From the NCBI GenBank assembly GCA_051382335.1, contig JBBCAX010000027.1, forward strand, positions 1-25,790: a DNA stretch of 25,790 bases. The letters run 5' to 3'. Shown in pieces: positions 15,559 to 25,790 of this stretch (position 1 is the stretch's first letter; each line of letters begins with the position of its first letter). The translations under genes were made by a program, and so were the position numbers. The notes beneath the pieces are model-generated. The model worked only from the letters and a program-made list of their open reading frames with translations. It did not search any database and was not told the DNA's origin. This DNA is from Deltaproteobacteria bacterium TL4. GTDB taxonomy: Bacteria; SAR324; NAC60-12.

Positions 15559-17535
15559 TTAAACCCGAATAGGCAGAATGGCAACTGGAATTCCCTGTTG
15601 GTAGAGCCTTCGTTGCAGGGCAAAAGCGGTATAGTTGTGTAACCAGCGCGTAAAAAAAGAATCTTTGGGAAAAACCAGTTGTCCGCCAAAAAAAACGGCA
15701 TGGGGAAACCGTTCCAGTAATTGAGTTGCCATCTTTTCCACTTCATCCATCACATCGCAGCCTATAGAAAACATTCCTTCCGCATAAAAACCATTGCGTT
15801 TCATGAAGTCCACGTAGCGATCCAAATCATGTTTGATTTGCATGGTGAGCAAATCCATTTCCGCAGCCCCCTTGAACATCCCGGCATCCATCACTCCAAC
15901 CTGTACAAACACGAAATTCCGGAACACATTCCCATACAACCGGAAAATCATGAACAGGGTATGCAACCCGATTCCGTTAAAACCATTGACTAGCAAAACG
16001 ACCGTTTTCGCATGGGGTTCCAGTTCTGGAGTCCCCTGTGTTGATCGTTGAGTATCTTGAAAAGGCAGAGAAGAACTAGCTACTTCCACAAGAGCATCAA
16101 GTCTGTGAAGTAATTGTTCTGTATGAAGATAATGACGCTTGACTAAAAGAGCGACACCAGCCAGTCCTCCTAACATCAGCAGGCCGAAAAATCCTCCCTC
16201 TGTAAATTTAAGGATCACCAGTGAAAACAAAATGAGGCTGGTGAGCAATAACCCAACTCCATTAATCAACAGATTTTGTTCCCATTGTTTTATAACGTTT
16301 CGTGATTTCCACCAATGGCGCACCATTCCCATCTGAGACAAAGCAAAGGTGACAAAAACATTCATTCCATAAAAAACAGCTAATATCGCTACAGAGGCCT
16401 GAGTGAGCCAGATCATCAAGAGGGCTAACCCGCCCATAATCAAGATGCCATTCTGAGTCATCAACCTGTCACTGAGACTTGCAAAGCGTGTTGAAGTCCA
16501 ATGATCTATGGCCATAGAGGCCAGTATTTGTTGTCCACATAAAAGACCATTTTGAGCGGCAACCATCAGAATGCCCACTTCGGCAATCAGGAGACATCCT
16601 AAAAATCCATAACCCCAGATTCCCCAGGGCAAGGTCATTCGTTCAAATAATACCGCATTCAGGGATTTTCCTAAAACAGGTTTTAAGTCATACCACCCAT
16701 AAGAGAGCATGATTCCGACGACAGCTAAGGCCAAAAGGATCGCTGTATAGAGAATCACACGAGTTCCAAGTTTGGCTCTGGGTTCTGGTAACACGGAGGC
16801 TCGATTACTGATGGATTCAACTCCTGTATAAGTAGAAGCTCCTAAGCTATAAGCCAATAAAAAAATCAGCACCAAAACGCCTACGCTGGTTTCAGCATAA
16901 GAATTTTGAACTCCTGTTGTTGTTTTCTGAAAAACTTCTTTAAAATTCGCGAAATGGGAGAACATGCTGTAAAAAAGCATGAGGGCATGAGTCAACAAAA
17001 ACGAGAACACAATTCCCGCGCCAACTCTGGCAGATATCTGAACACCACGGAAATTCAGGATGATGAGTATGCCTAAGAACAAAAGAGAGAGGTCCAACTT
17101 GAGAGAACCCCCTGTAAGAGGAAATAGACTAAACACAATCTCTGCGGCACAAGCACTGGAAATGGCGATGGTTGCCGCATAGTCCAGCAGCAACGCGCAA
17201 CCCGAAAGCATTCCTGCTTGAGGAGAGAGCAGGTTACTGGCAACCAGGTATCCACCCCCGCCTGTAGGAAATAATCGAATGATTTGAGCGTAACTGGCGC
17301 TAATAATAAAAAGGGTAAATACCGTGGCCAGTGCTACAAAAATCACTAAATCCGTGTGTTCATGCAGGACAGAGAACATTTGTTCAGGGCCATAACAAAG
17401 CGAAGAAAGACTATTGGCTCCGAGCATACTCAAAATTGATAAGGTAAGGAAAGGATTGCGGTTCCGCTGGCTTCCTGACTCAGGTTCAGGAGTGCTTCCC
17501 GCAAACTCCGATTTCAAAGGCGGTATGGTCAACAT
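15559..17535 (-). CDS. APC-family permease, KimA/KUP-like potassium-transporter type, linked to kdp
   Basis: LSSLCYGPEQ, SYAQIIRLFPTGGGGYLVAS, ALLLDY, YTGVESISN, about 12 TM helices, cytosolic tail ending LHNYTAFALQRRL..IPVAILPIRV. ATG 17535 lies 19 nt downstream of the kdpE stop; the track start of 17595 overlaps kdpE. Confidence 0.85.
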   Translation of the reverse strand: MLTIPPLKSEFAGSTPEPESGSQRNRNPFLTLSILSMLGANSLSSLCYGPEQMFSVLHEHTDLVIFVALATVFTLFIISASYAQIIRLFPTGGGGYLVASNLLSPQAGMLSGCALLLDYAATIAISSACAAEIVFSLFPLTGGSLKLDLSLLFLGILIILNFRGVQISARVGAGIVFSFLLTHALMLFYSMFSHFANFKEVFQKTTTGVQNSYAETSVGVLVLIFLLAYSLGASTYTGVESISNRASVLPEPRAKLGTRVILYTAILLALAVVGIMLSYGWYDLKPVLGKSLNAVLFERMTLPWGIWGYGFLGCLLIAEVGILMVAAQNGLLCGQQILASMAIDHWTSTRFASLSDRLMTQNGILIMGGLALLMIWLTQASVAILAVFYGMNVFVTFALSQMGMVRHWWKSRNVIKQWEQNLLINGVGLLLTSLILFSLVILKFTEGGFFGLLMLGGLAGVALLVKRHYLHTEQLLHRLDALVEVASSSLPFQDTQRSTQGTPELEPHAKTVVLLVNGFNGIGLHTLFMIFRLYGNVFRNFVFVQVGVMDAGMFKGAAEMDLLTMQIKHDLDRYVDFMKRNGFYAEGMFSIGCDVMDEVEKMATQLLERFPHAVFFGGQLVFPKDSFFTRWLHNYTAFALQRRLYQQGIPVAILPIRV

Positions 17536-17554
17536 AAGATTTTTATCTCTGAAC

Positions 17555-18256
17555 TCAAGGTGTTTTTTCCTCCGTAAGGGTAAGTCGATAGCCAATTCCG
17601 GATTCGGTGATCAGCAAGGCTGGATTGTTGGCGTCAACTTCTATCTTGCGTCGTAACTGCGCCATATAAACACGTAAATAATGGGTTTGTTCCACATATT
17701 GACCTCCCCAAACTTCCTTAAGGATTTGGCGATGAGTCAAAACTCTGCCCGCATGTTGAACCAATAAGCGGAGCAAGGCATATTCGGTTTTGGTGAGCTT
17801 CACTTCCTGCTCCTGTGTCCACACAAGTCGACGACTTAAATCGACCTTCAGGTGTCCAGTTTGAAAAACAGCGGATTCTGATTGAGGTTGGCTATGACGT
17901 TGCGCGACACGGATGCGAGCCAGCAATTCGGGCATACTGAAAGGCTTGGTGAGATAATCATCGGCGCCCAGATCCAGAGCCGCCACTTTCTCCCGTTCTC
18001 CCTCCCGAACCGAGAGGACAATCACCGGGATGTGACTCCATTCCCGCAACTGTTGCAGAACTTCAATTCCACTCATATCAGGAAGTCCCAAGTCCAGGAT
18101 AATCACATCCGGTTTGTTGAGTGCTACTTGAGTCAATCCCTCCTGTCCGTTAGCGGCATCTACGACTTGATAGCCATTGGCACTCAGGCTCAACCGCAGC
18201 AAGCGGCGAATTTGTACTTCATCATCAATCACCAGAACAATGGGTAAGGTATTCAT
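17555..18256 (-). CDS. kdpE: response regulator KdpE
   Basis: Receiver (DLGLPDMSG) plus OmpR wHTH (GRVLTHRQIL, HYLRVYMAQLRRKIE). ATGA overlap with kdpD. Confidence 0.96.
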   Translation of the reverse strand: MNTLPIVLVIDDEVQIRRLLRLSLSANGYQVVDAANGQEGLTQVALNKPDVIILDLGLPDMSGIEVLQQLREWSHIPVIVLSVREGEREKVAALDLGADDYLTKPFSMPELLARIRVAQRHSQPQSESAVFQTGHLKVDLSRRLVWTQEQEVKLTKTEYALLRLLVQHAGRVLTHRQILKEVWGGQYVEQTHYLRVYMAQLRRKIEVDANNPALLITESGIGYRLTLTEEKTP

Positions 18257-20988
18257 AAGGTGGTTTCCTGAACATGCGAAGGTGGCGTTTCTAACGGCAA
18301 TCGGATGATAAATCGAAGACCTCCTGATTCATGATGTTCTGCGGTAATCTTTCCCTGATGAGCTTCCACAAGTCCACGACAGATGGATAATCCCAATCCT
18401 GTACCTCCAGGAGGAGAGCCTTCAACTCGATAGAATTTTTCAAAGATTTTTTCCAAATCTTCTGCTTTGACCCCCACACCATGATCCACCACCATCAAGA
18501 GCAATTCCTGATTCTGAGCGGCGGCAAAAATTTCAATCAGTGTTCCCGCAGGGGTATAAGTTGCGGCATTGTCCAACAAGTTGATCAAGACTTGCTCAAG
18601 CAGGACAAAATCAAAGCGCACCAGGGGTAAATCCGGAGGGAGGTGTGTTTCCACCCGATGGTAGATGAGTTGAGGTGCTGTCCGTTTCAGAGCGACACTC
18701 ACCAGATCCGACACATCACACCAGTCGCGATGAGGTTTCAGATAGCCCGCTTCCAAGCGAGTCATATCCAGCAAATTTTCAACAACTCTTTTCAAGCGTT
18801 CGGTTGCGGTTTGAATTTCATTCACCAACCCTGAACGAATTTCTTCATGCCGGTTGACATGAGAATCCAGCAAACTGGCGGTTGCGCCAGCAATAGTGAC
18901 CAAAGGCGTTTTCAATTCATGGGAAATGGAATTGAGTAACGTTTTGTAGAGCCGCTTGGATTCAGCAACCACCTGAGATTCTTTGGCGATTTCAGTCAAA
19001 CAAGTTCTTTCAATCACCAAAGCCAATTGCCCGCTCAACGCTTCCAACAGGGCTTTCTGCTCAATTTCCAGGGGATTATCCAGCTTGATTCCCAAAGCGC
19101 CTACAATCCCTGAAGCCGTGGTTAAAGGGAGATAAAGATAATCTGCCATAGGCAGGGTGTCTGTGAATTTTCCTGCCTGTTTTCGGTTTTTGAATATCCA
19201 GGTAGCCACTCCAAATTCTTTTTCGCTGAGGACTTTATTGGTGCCTTGTGCTGTTAGCAATGAATTGGATAGGACCGCATCTTGAGGTGTCGTGGTTGAG
19301 GGAGCAAGAGGATTGATCAACTGCCCTGACGCGTCAGACAGCATCACCACGACAGGTGACATAAAGACATCTCCAATTCGTATCTCCGCATGAGTTATAA
19401 CTTCCTTAACGGTAACGGCGGTAGAAAATTCCCTGGATAAATTATACAGCACACTGAGGTGCTTTTCATTATGCCGGATAGCCTGTTCCCTGGAATGCAA
19501 GCGGGTAGTCAGGTGTCCCGTTACCAAGGCGATCACAAAGTACAGAACAAAAGTCAGCACGTCATTGATGTTATGAATATAAAACGTGAATTTAGGTTGC
19601 AAAAAAGCAAAATTCCATAAAAGCGCACTCATGGCGGCGGCAGCCAAGACAGGTCCTCGATGGAGCCATAAACTCAAGAGGCACACCATAAATAATAAAA
19701 TGAGACCCACTGAACGAGAATCAATCCATTCTAAAACAAAACAGCTCAATAATACCCCCAGCGTAATACCTAGTGCCAAGGCATATTCCTTGATGCCGGA
19801 AACAAAATATCGTTGCCAGGACCAATCCTCCCAGCGTGAATCCGCGTGTTTGGCTCCAACGACTGTAAAATCCAGTCCCTGTGCCTGTTTCATCAAGCGT
19901 TGGGTGAGTGATTTTTCCTGCCATAGGATCTTCCAGCCAAGCCAGGGCGACTGCCCCACCACAATTTGCGTAATGTTATGCTGTCGAGCCAGGCGTAAAA
20001 GCCCCGCAACCACATCTTCATCGTGAGTTACCACGATTTCTCCACCCAATGTTTGTACCAGTTCCAAATGTTCCGCCAAGCGTTGTTCGTCTTTAGGTAA
20101 AGCACGATGAGCGGTTTTGACATAGGCCGCAACCCAAGGAACTTCCAGGTTATAAGCGATTCTGCGTGTCCAACGAATCAGTTCTTCAGAAGAAGGACTG
20201 GCACTCACAGCGACCATCAGACGTTCTCCTGATTTCCAGGGTCCGGTGAGTTGCTTGATTTGAGCGTAATCCTGTAGTTGATGATCCACCCGCTCGGCGG
20301 TGAGCCTCAAAGCCATTTCACGCAAGGCCGTCAGATTGCTTTTGACAAAAAAATTCTGGATGGCCCTACCCACTTGTTCTCCCAGATAAACTTTCCCATC
20401 CGCCAGGCGTTTCAACAGTTCATCAGGAGTGATGTCAATCAATTCAATATCATCCGCAACATCCAGAATGGAGTCGGGTACCGTTTCATGAACCTGAATC
20501 TGGGTGATTTTGCTCACAATATCGGTGCGGCTTTCAATATGCTGGACATTGATCGTCGTTGAGACATTGATCCCTGCGTCTAGTAATTCCAATATATCCT
20601 GATAGCGTTTCAGATGCCTTGAGCCTGGAACATTGGAATGGGCTAACTCATCGACTAATACCAATTGAGGATGGCGTTGAAGAATTCCGTCCAGATCCAT
20701 TTCTTCCAGAACCACATTACGATATTCCAGACGTTTTCGAGGAAACACCTTTAAGCTTTGAAGCAGAGCCTCTGTTTCGACTCGGTTGTGAGTTTCGACG
20801 ACTCCAACAAGCACATCCATGCCCTCTTTTTGTTTTTCTTGGGCATCCTGGAGCATGGTGTAGGTTTTTCCCACTCCAGCCGACATTCCAAAAAAGATTT
20901 TGAGTTTGCCTCGATGTTGCCGTACCTCTTCTTTTTTCAAGGCAGCCAGCAACAAATCCGGATCCGGACGATTTTCTTCTTCAGCCAT
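18253..20988 (-). CDS. kdpD: sensor histidine kinase KdpD
   Basis: RPDPD, GKLKIFFGMSAGVGKTY, VDELAHSN, USP domain, 4 TM helices, GAF, SISHELKTPL, NLLDNA, GTGLGL. Confidence 0.97.
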   Translation of the reverse strand: MAEEENRPDPDLLLAALKKEEVRQHRGKLKIFFGMSAGVGKTYTMLQDAQEKQKEGMDVLVGVVETHNRVETEALLQSLKVFPRKRLEYRNVVLEEMDLDGILQRHPQLVLVDELAHSNVPGSRHLKRYQDILELLDAGINVSTTINVQHIESRTDIVSKITQIQVHETVPDSILDVADDIELIDITPDELLKRLADGKVYLGEQVGRAIQNFFVKSNLTALREMALRLTAERVDHQLQDYAQIKQLTGPWKSGERLMVAVSASPSSEELIRWTRRIAYNLEVPWVAAYVKTAHRALPKDEQRLAEHLELVQTLGGEIVVTHDEDVVAGLLRLARQHNITQIVVGQSPWLGWKILWQEKSLTQRLMKQAQGLDFTVVGAKHADSRWEDWSWQRYFVSGIKEYALALGITLGVLLSCFVLEWIDSRSVGLILLFMVCLLSLWLHRGPVLAAAAMSALLWNFAFLQPKFTFYIHNINDVLTFVLYFVIALVTGHLTTRLHSREQAIRHNEKHLSVLYNLSREFSTAVTVKEVITHAEIRIGDVFMSPVVVMLSDASGQLINPLAPSTTTPQDAVLSNSLLTAQGTNKVLSEKEFGVATWIFKNRKQAGKFTDTLPMADYLYLPLTTASGIVGALGIKLDNPLEIEQKALLEALSGQLALVIERTCLTEIAKESQVVAESKRLYKTLLNSISHELKTPLVTIAGATASLLDSHVNRHEEIRSGLVNEIQTATERLKRVVENLLDMTRLEAGYLKPHRDWCDVSDLVSVALKRTAPQLIYHRVETHLPPDLPLVRFDFVLLEQVLINLLDNAATYTPAGTLIEIFAAAQNQELLLMVVDHGVGVKAEDLEKIFEKFYRVEGSPPGGTGLGLSICRGLVEAHQGKITAEHHESGGLRFIIRLPLETPPSHVQETTL

Positions 20989-21034
20989 AAATTCCTGAAA
21001 ACATGATTCCTGTATGGGAAATGCAGTATGAACC

Positions 21035-21616
21035 TCAAAATCTTTCCATTTGATCCAAAGCCAGATTCAACAGCAAGACATTCACTCTGGGCGCTCCCAA
21101 AAAACCCCATTGATACCCTTCTGTGTACTTGTCCACAAGGCTTTGAAGTTGTGCTGTTTGTTGTAGTGAAAACTGTCTGGCTGTGGCAACTCGTGAGCTT
21201 TGCAAGTGAGCGGATTCCGGACTGATATGAGGATCTAACCCACTGCCAGAAGCCAGCAGCAAATCAGCGGGAATCCTTGTTTGGCTATCCCCTTGATGGA
21301 CTTGGCGGAGTTTTTCCGTTCGTTCCTGAACCGCTTGTACCAAGGCAGAACTGATAGGACTTTGATTGGTCCCTCCTGAAGGCAAAGGATTGTAATCCAC
21401 TGCTGAAGGACGTCCCCAAAAATATTTCAGATTTTCAAACTTCTGACCTATGAGTTTGGAACCCGCCGTGTGTTGATTTATCACAATCATGCTGCCATTT
21501 GCCTGTTCATGAAATAGACCCTGGCTCATCAGAAAAATAGCGCCCGGATAAACTAATCCGGTCAAAATAGTTAAGGTAAATAGTAACCGAGTTGCTTGTG
21601 TGATTATTGTAAACAT
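21035..21616 (-). CDS. kdpC: K+-transporting ATPase subunit C
   Basis: QANGS, GSKLIGQ, YFWGRPS, ASGSGLDPHIS, VNVLLLNLALD. Confidence 0.97.
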   Translation of the reverse strand: MFTIITQATRLLFTLTILTGLVYPGAIFLMSQGLFHEQANGSMIVINQHTAGSKLIGQKFENLKYFWGRPSAVDYNPLPSGGTNQSPISSALVQAVQERTEKLRQVHQGDSQTRIPADLLLASGSGLDPHISPESAHLQSSRVATARQFSLQQTAQLQSLVDKYTEGYQWGFLGAPRVNVLLLNLALDQMERF

Positions 21617-21626
21617 ACCCCTCTCC

Positions 21627-23720
21627 TTATGCTAAATGGAGTAATGTCAGAAGCAGATCAATGCCTTTGATTCCAATAAACGGTAGAATGAGTCCGCCCA
21701 AACCATAGATCAATAAATTACGTCTTAATACCGCGGAAGATCCTAGCGGACGATACTTAACACCCCGCAGGGCTAACGGAATCAGGGCGATAATGATCAA
21801 CGCATTAAAAATAACAGCACTCAAAATAGCGCTTTGGGGAGAAGCCAAACTCATAATATCCAGAACTTTCAACGGCCCGTTCTCCGACCCTTGAATCGCA
21901 TAAACTCCGGCAAACAAGGCCGGCAGGATGGTAAAATATTTCGCTACATCATTGGCGATACTGAACGTGGTTAACGCACCCCTGGTAATCAACAACTGTT
22001 TCCCAATTTCCACAATTTCAATCAACTTCGTGGGGTTGCTATCCAAATCGACCATGTTTCCAGCTTCTCGGGCAGCTTGGGTTCCTGTATTCATGGAAAC
22101 CCCGACATCCGCTTGAGCCAGTGCGGGAGCATCATTCGTTCCGTCTCCAATCATCGCGACCATGTGCCCTTGAGCTTGCTCTTCACGAATTCTCCTCAAT
22201 TTGGTTTCAGGCGTCGCTTCTGCCACGAAGTCATCTACTCCGGCTTCGGCGGCAATGGCAGCGGCCGTGAGAGGATTATCTCCTGTAATCATGATGGTCC
22301 GAATTCCCATCGTTCTTAAGTGAGCAAAACGTTCACGAATTCCGCCTTTTACCACATCTTTCAGTTCAATCACTCCGAGCGCTTCCCTCCCTTCAGCAAC
22401 CACCAGAGGCGTTCCTCCCTGCCGAGCGACTTGTTCCACAATAGCCGTCAGGTTTTCTGAAAATTGTCCGCCCAGGGCCTGGATGTATCGGGTAATGGCT
22501 TCCGCAGAACCTTTCCGAATGCATCGTGCCGGATTACGAGCCGTTGCGGGGAAATCGACGCCACTCATACGATTTTCGGCACTGAACGGAATGAAATGAG
22601 CATGATCTTCAGCAACCTCTCTTCCTCGTAAACGGTAGCGCTCTTTGGCGAGTGTCACAATCGATCGACCTTCAGGGGTTTCATCCGCTAAAGAAGCTAA
22701 TTGAGCAGCATCTACCAAGCGTTCTTCAGTCACACCAAGGGCTGGCAAAAAGGAGGTTGCCATGCGATTCCCCAAAGTAATGGTTCCGGTTTTATCCAAC
22801 AGTAACACATCAATATCTCCCCCGGCTTCTACAGATTTTCCACTCGTTACCAATACATTGTGGCGCAACAAACGATCCATTCCACTGATACGAATAGCGC
22901 TTAGCAACCCTCCAATAGTGGTAGGAATCAAACAGACCAGCAGCGACACATAAATGGGCACATTGATCAAAATATCGCGCTCCATGGCTTTTTCACTGTA
23001 TGCCGAAAATACGGGTAAACTCAGTACAACCAACAGAAAAATCAGAGTCAGCGCTGACAACAGGATAGTGAGCGCGATTTCGTTAGGAGTTTTTTGACGT
23101 TTTGCCCCTTCCACCATCCCGATCATACGATCCAGAAAGGTTTGCCCGGATTCTGCGGTAATCCGGATCAGAATCCGATCACTCAGCACCCTGGTTCCTC
23201 CCGTGACCGCACTACGGTCTCCCCCACTTTCACGAATAACAGGCGCGGATTCCCCGGTAATGGCAGACTCATCCACGCTTGCAATCCCATCGATCACTGT
23301 GCCATCCCCAGGAATCACCTCTCCAACAGAACAAACGACCACATCCCCAATTTTCAATTGAGTGGCTGAAATCAGTTCTTCGGTTTCTCCTCTCAGCCGT
23401 TTTGCCATCATCTGCTTGCGAGTCTGACGTAAACTGGCAGCCTGCGCTTTCCCTCTTCCTTCAGCCATCGCTTCGGCAAAGTTGGCAAACAATAGGGTAA
23501 ACCACAACCACACGGTTACCTGAAAGGTGAACCCCAAAGATGGTCCATGCGCAATCTGTAAGACTACAGAAAATGTGGACAGCACACTTCCCACAAACAC
23601 GACAAACATCACGGGATTGCGGATTTGCTGCCGAGGATCAAGTTTAATAAAGGCATCAATCAAGGCTTGTTTTAGCAATTGCCCTTGAATCAAGGAGGAT
23701 TGGATTGTTTTCTCAGACAT
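21627..23720 (-). CDS. kdpB: K+-transporting ATPase subunit B (P-type ATPase)
   Basis: [38 protein letters not shown]. Start MSEK at 23720 follows AGGAG. Confidence 0.97.
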   Translation of the reverse strand: MSEKTIQSSLIQGQLLKQALIDAFIKLDPRQQIRNPVMFVVFVGSVLSTFSVVLQIAHGPSLGFTFQVTVWLWFTLLFANFAEAMAEGRGKAQAASLRQTRKQMMAKRLRGETEELISATQLKIGDVVVCSVGEVIPGDGTVIDGIASVDESAITGESAPVIRESGGDRSAVTGGTRVLSDRILIRITAESGQTFLDRMIGMVEGAKRQKTPNEIALTILLSALTLIFLLVVLSLPVFSAYSEKAMERDILINVPIYVSLLVCLIPTTIGGLLSAIRISGMDRLLRHNVLVTSGKSVEAGGDIDVLLLDKTGTITLGNRMATSFLPALGVTEERLVDAAQLASLADETPEGRSIVTLAKERYRLRGREVAEDHAHFIPFSAENRMSGVDFPATARNPARCIRKGSAEAITRYIQALGGQFSENLTAIVEQVARQGGTPLVVAEGREALGVIELKDVVKGGIRERFAHLRTMGIRTIMITGDNPLTAAAIAAEAGVDDFVAEATPETKLRRIREEQAQGHMVAMIGDGTNDAPALAQADVGVSMNTGTQAAREAGNMVDLDSNPTKLIEIVEIGKQLLITRGALTTFSIANDVAKYFTILPALFAGVYAIQGSENGPLKVLDIMSLASPQSAILSAVIFNALIIIALIPLALRGVKYRPLGSSAVLRRNLLIYGLGGLILPFIGIKGIDLLLTLLHLA

Positions 23721-23734
23721 AAATCTCCTGATAA

Positions 23735-25426
23735 TCAAAATGAACGTCCCAAAATCATCAACAGATGTTCCACAATGGGGCCCAGTGACAACACGGGAAA
23801 AAAGGTTAAGGCTCCAATGATCAGAACAACCGAAATTAAAAGCCCGACAAACAACATTCCATCCGTTGCAAAGGTACCTGCGGAAGCGGGAATTATTTTT
23901 TTACGAGCCAGACTTCCGGCAATGGCTAACACCGGCAGAATAATTCCAAACCGACCAAGGAGCATGGCAACTCCCAGTAACACATTGTAGAATTCTGTAT
24001 CAGCGTTCAATCCAGCAAAGGCACTCCCATTATTTCCAGCGGCAGAAGACACCGCATAGAGAATTTCACTCAAGCCGTGGGGGCCTTTATGGCTCAAGCT
24101 GACTAAGCCCACATCCGTCATGGCACAGAGACTGGCAAATAACAAAATCGTAGCATTGGGAATCAGAATGGCCAGCATGACCATTTTTATTTCGGCGGCT
24201 TCAATTTTTTTCCCTAGATATTCGGGGGTTCTCCCCACCATCAACCCGGCGATAAATACCGTCAGCAGAACAAACATCAACATCCCATACAATCCAGCGC
24301 CTACCCCTCCAAAGATCACCTCTCCCAGCATGATATTCAGCAGCGCCACCATACCCGCCAGGGGGGAGAGACTACTGTGCATGGCATTCACAGAACCATT
24401 GGAAGCCGCAGTTGTGGCCGTTGACCAAAGGACACTATTGGTTATTCCCAACCGGGTTTCTTTCCCTTCCATGTTCACAACGACTTGGGTGACAGGATGG
24501 GGTTGATATTCTGCCCAAAGCGATACTGATAAACCCACAATAAACAGGAAGAACATGGCCGCAAAAATCGCCCACCCTTGCCGTTGTGCCCCTACCATGG
24601 TTCCGTAAGTATAGGTCAGGGCCGCGGCAATCAACAAAAGAGCGAGCGCTTGCAGAAAATTGCTCAAAGGAGTTGGATTCTCCAGGGGATGAGAGCTGTT
24701 TGCATTATAAAAACCTCCTCCGTTCGAACCGATTTGTTTAATGGCAATTTGCGATGCGGCAGGACCTAACGGAATCGTCTGGGATTGTTGTTCCAGTGAG
24801 GTTACTGTCTCACTCGCTAAAAAAGTTTCAGGCACTCCCTGGTTGACCAGAATGAGCGCGAAGATGAGAGACAAGGGCAACAACACATACAAGGAACAAC
24901 GAGTCAGATCGACCCAGAAATTTCCTATCGTACTGCTTTGCCGTTTGATCAATCCACGAATCAAGGCCAATAGCACCGCAACTCCTGTGGCCGCACTCAC
25001 AAAGTTTTGCACGGTTAAGCCCAGCATTTGAGTTAGATAACTCCTTGTGGTTTCGCCCGCATAACTTTGCCAGTTGGTGTTCGTCATAAAACTGATGGCC
25101 GTATTAAACGCGGAATGCCAGGAAACATTGGGCAAATTCTGAGGGTTCAGGGGAAGTCCTTGCTGGAATACTTGCAGCAGAAACACGATCACGAAACCCA
25201 TCGCGTTAAAGAGCAGCAAGGCTCCCGCATAATGTTTCCAGGTCATTTCCTCTTGCGGATCAACCCCGCTCACCCGGTAGATCCCGGTTTCCACTCGTCC
25301 TAGCACGGGCGATAATATATGGCGTTGCCCCTGAAACACTTTAGCCATGAAGCTTCCCAACACGGGGGTCAATCCAATCAGCAGCCCCAAATACAGAATA
25401 ATTTGTAACCCTTCCTGCCATTTCAT
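23735..25426 (-). CDS. kdpA: K+-transporting ATPase subunit A
   Basis: Filter motifs TNTNWQ, GSNGGG, SNGS and NNGSAF, plus [13 protein letters not shown] 25426 follows GAGGTG. Confidence 0.97.
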   Translation of the reverse strand: MKWQEGLQIILYLGLLIGLTPVLGSFMAKVFQGQRHILSPVLGRVETGIYRVSGVDPQEEMTWKHYAGALLLFNAMGFVIVFLLQVFQQGLPLNPQNLPNVSWHSAFNTAISFMTNTNWQSYAGETTRSYLTQMLGLTVQNFVSAATGVAVLLALIRGLIKRQSSTIGNFWVDLTRCSLYVLLPLSLIFALILVNQGVPETFLASETVTSLEQQSQTIPLGPAASQIAIKQIGSNGGGFYNANSSHPLENPTPLSNFLQALALLLIAAALTYTYGTMVGAQRQGWAIFAAMFFLFIVGLSVSLWAEYQPHPVTQVVVNMEGKETRLGITNSVLWSTATTAASNGSVNAMHSSLSPLAGMVALLNIMLGEVIFGGVGAGLYGMLMFVLLTVFIAGLMVGRTPEYLGKKIEAAEIKMVMLAILIPNATILLFASLCAMTDVGLVSLSHKGPHGLSEILYAVSSAAGNNGSAFAGLNADTEFYNVLLGVAMLLGRFGIILPVLAIAGSLARKKIIPASAGTFATDGMLFVGLLISVVLIIGALTFFPVLSLGPIVEHLLMILGRSF

Positions 25427-25466
25427 AAACACCTCATTTTAGAATTTTAGAGTGAATGCCAGGTGG

Positions 25467-25556
25467 CTAGAACTTGTCTGGAAACCAGAGAGCATATCCT
25501 AAATATCCTAATAACCCTATGGCGGATAAACCTGCCAAAATTACATCAATAGTCAT
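25467..25556 (-). CDS. kdpF: K+-transporting ATPase subunit F (29 aa)
   Basis: Translated by hand: MTIDVILAGLSAIGLLGYLGYALWFPDKF*, with the KdpF signature YLxYALxxPxKF. AGGAGG RBS at 25566-25561. Lies directly upstream of kdpA and is below the ORF-track size cutoff. Confidence 0.95.
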   Translation of the reverse strand: MTIDVILAGLSAIGLLGYLGYALWFPDKF

Positions 25557-25618
25557 GTCGCCTCCTTCCATTGACGCCTATTACTAAAACAATCCCACCT
25601 GTGCAGGTACCTTTTTTT

Positions 25619-25646
25619 AACCACGGAAAACACTAAAAACACGAAA
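25619..25646. repeat. half-site of a 'CCACGGAAxACACxAAAxACACGAAA' interspersed repeat
   Basis: AACCACGGAAAACACTAAAAACACGAAA has 9-nt periodic CAC units, similar to the left arm of the 2188-2263 element. No clear inverted partner is visible. Confidence 0.45.
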
Positions 25647-25756
25647 TAAAACCTGCAAAATAGGGTTTCACGGAGGAATTCATTGGGGTTGGTCACATTT
25701 TCGGCCATGTGTCAAAAAACGGTCTTTGATTTACCACCTGGTTTGGGTTTTGTTCC

Positions 25757-25782
25757 GTAGGGGCCGACCTGTGTGTCTGCCC
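25757..25782 (+). repeat. GTAG-family REP sequence
   Basis: GTAG followed by GGGCCGAC-ctgtgt-GTCTGCCC (8-bp stem, 1 mismatch). This is the canonical tetranucleotide-plus-palindrome REP layout. Confidence 0.8.
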
Positions 25783-25790
25783 GGGATCAG

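Noticed and set aside
15360..15746. 128-aa minus-strand ORF overlapping the permease 3' end
   Set aside because: It is an out-of-frame overlap with a conserved region and has no RBS or motif support.
17414..25303. Numerous 60-146 aa plus-strand ORFs across the kdp operon
   Set aside because: These are antisense shadows of conserved kdp genes.

Overview
Bacterial chromosomal window, moderately AT-rich; lineage cannot be fixed from the sequence alone. The left edge holds the first 12 codons of a minus-strand gene (MTQSREQHVSLE..., missed by the ORF track). These resemble the N-terminus of a Y1/HUH REP-associated-type transposase family. Directly upstream lies a 7-copy head-to-tail array of a 27-bp palindrome-armed unit with irregular 2-13 nt junctions; it is not CRISPR. 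The rest of the window contains, in order: mgtE; a 76-bp MITE-like hairpin; a 921-aa modular lipoprotein (duplicated 6-Cys module, two Ig-like repeats, S/T/G linkers, SBBP beta-propeller); a small secreted protein; a CheY-like receiver; a Bor-like lipoprotein; a DUF2786-like protein; a Nudix hydrolase; an orphan short GspE/PilB-type ATPase; a second receiver protein; a DUF58 plus TgpA-like transglutaminase pair with no adjacent MoxR; a putative outer-membrane beta-barrel; and a complete minus-strand kdpFABCDE operon (kdpF found by eye). The operon is followed by a KimA-like APC permease in which the key TM1 Asp is replaced by Asn. A GTAG-type REP sits at the right edge. The best candidates for new biology are the repeat array with its HUH transposase, the duplicated 6-Cys module and the altered kdp-linked permease. 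All family calls come from motif recognition by eye; no searches were run.
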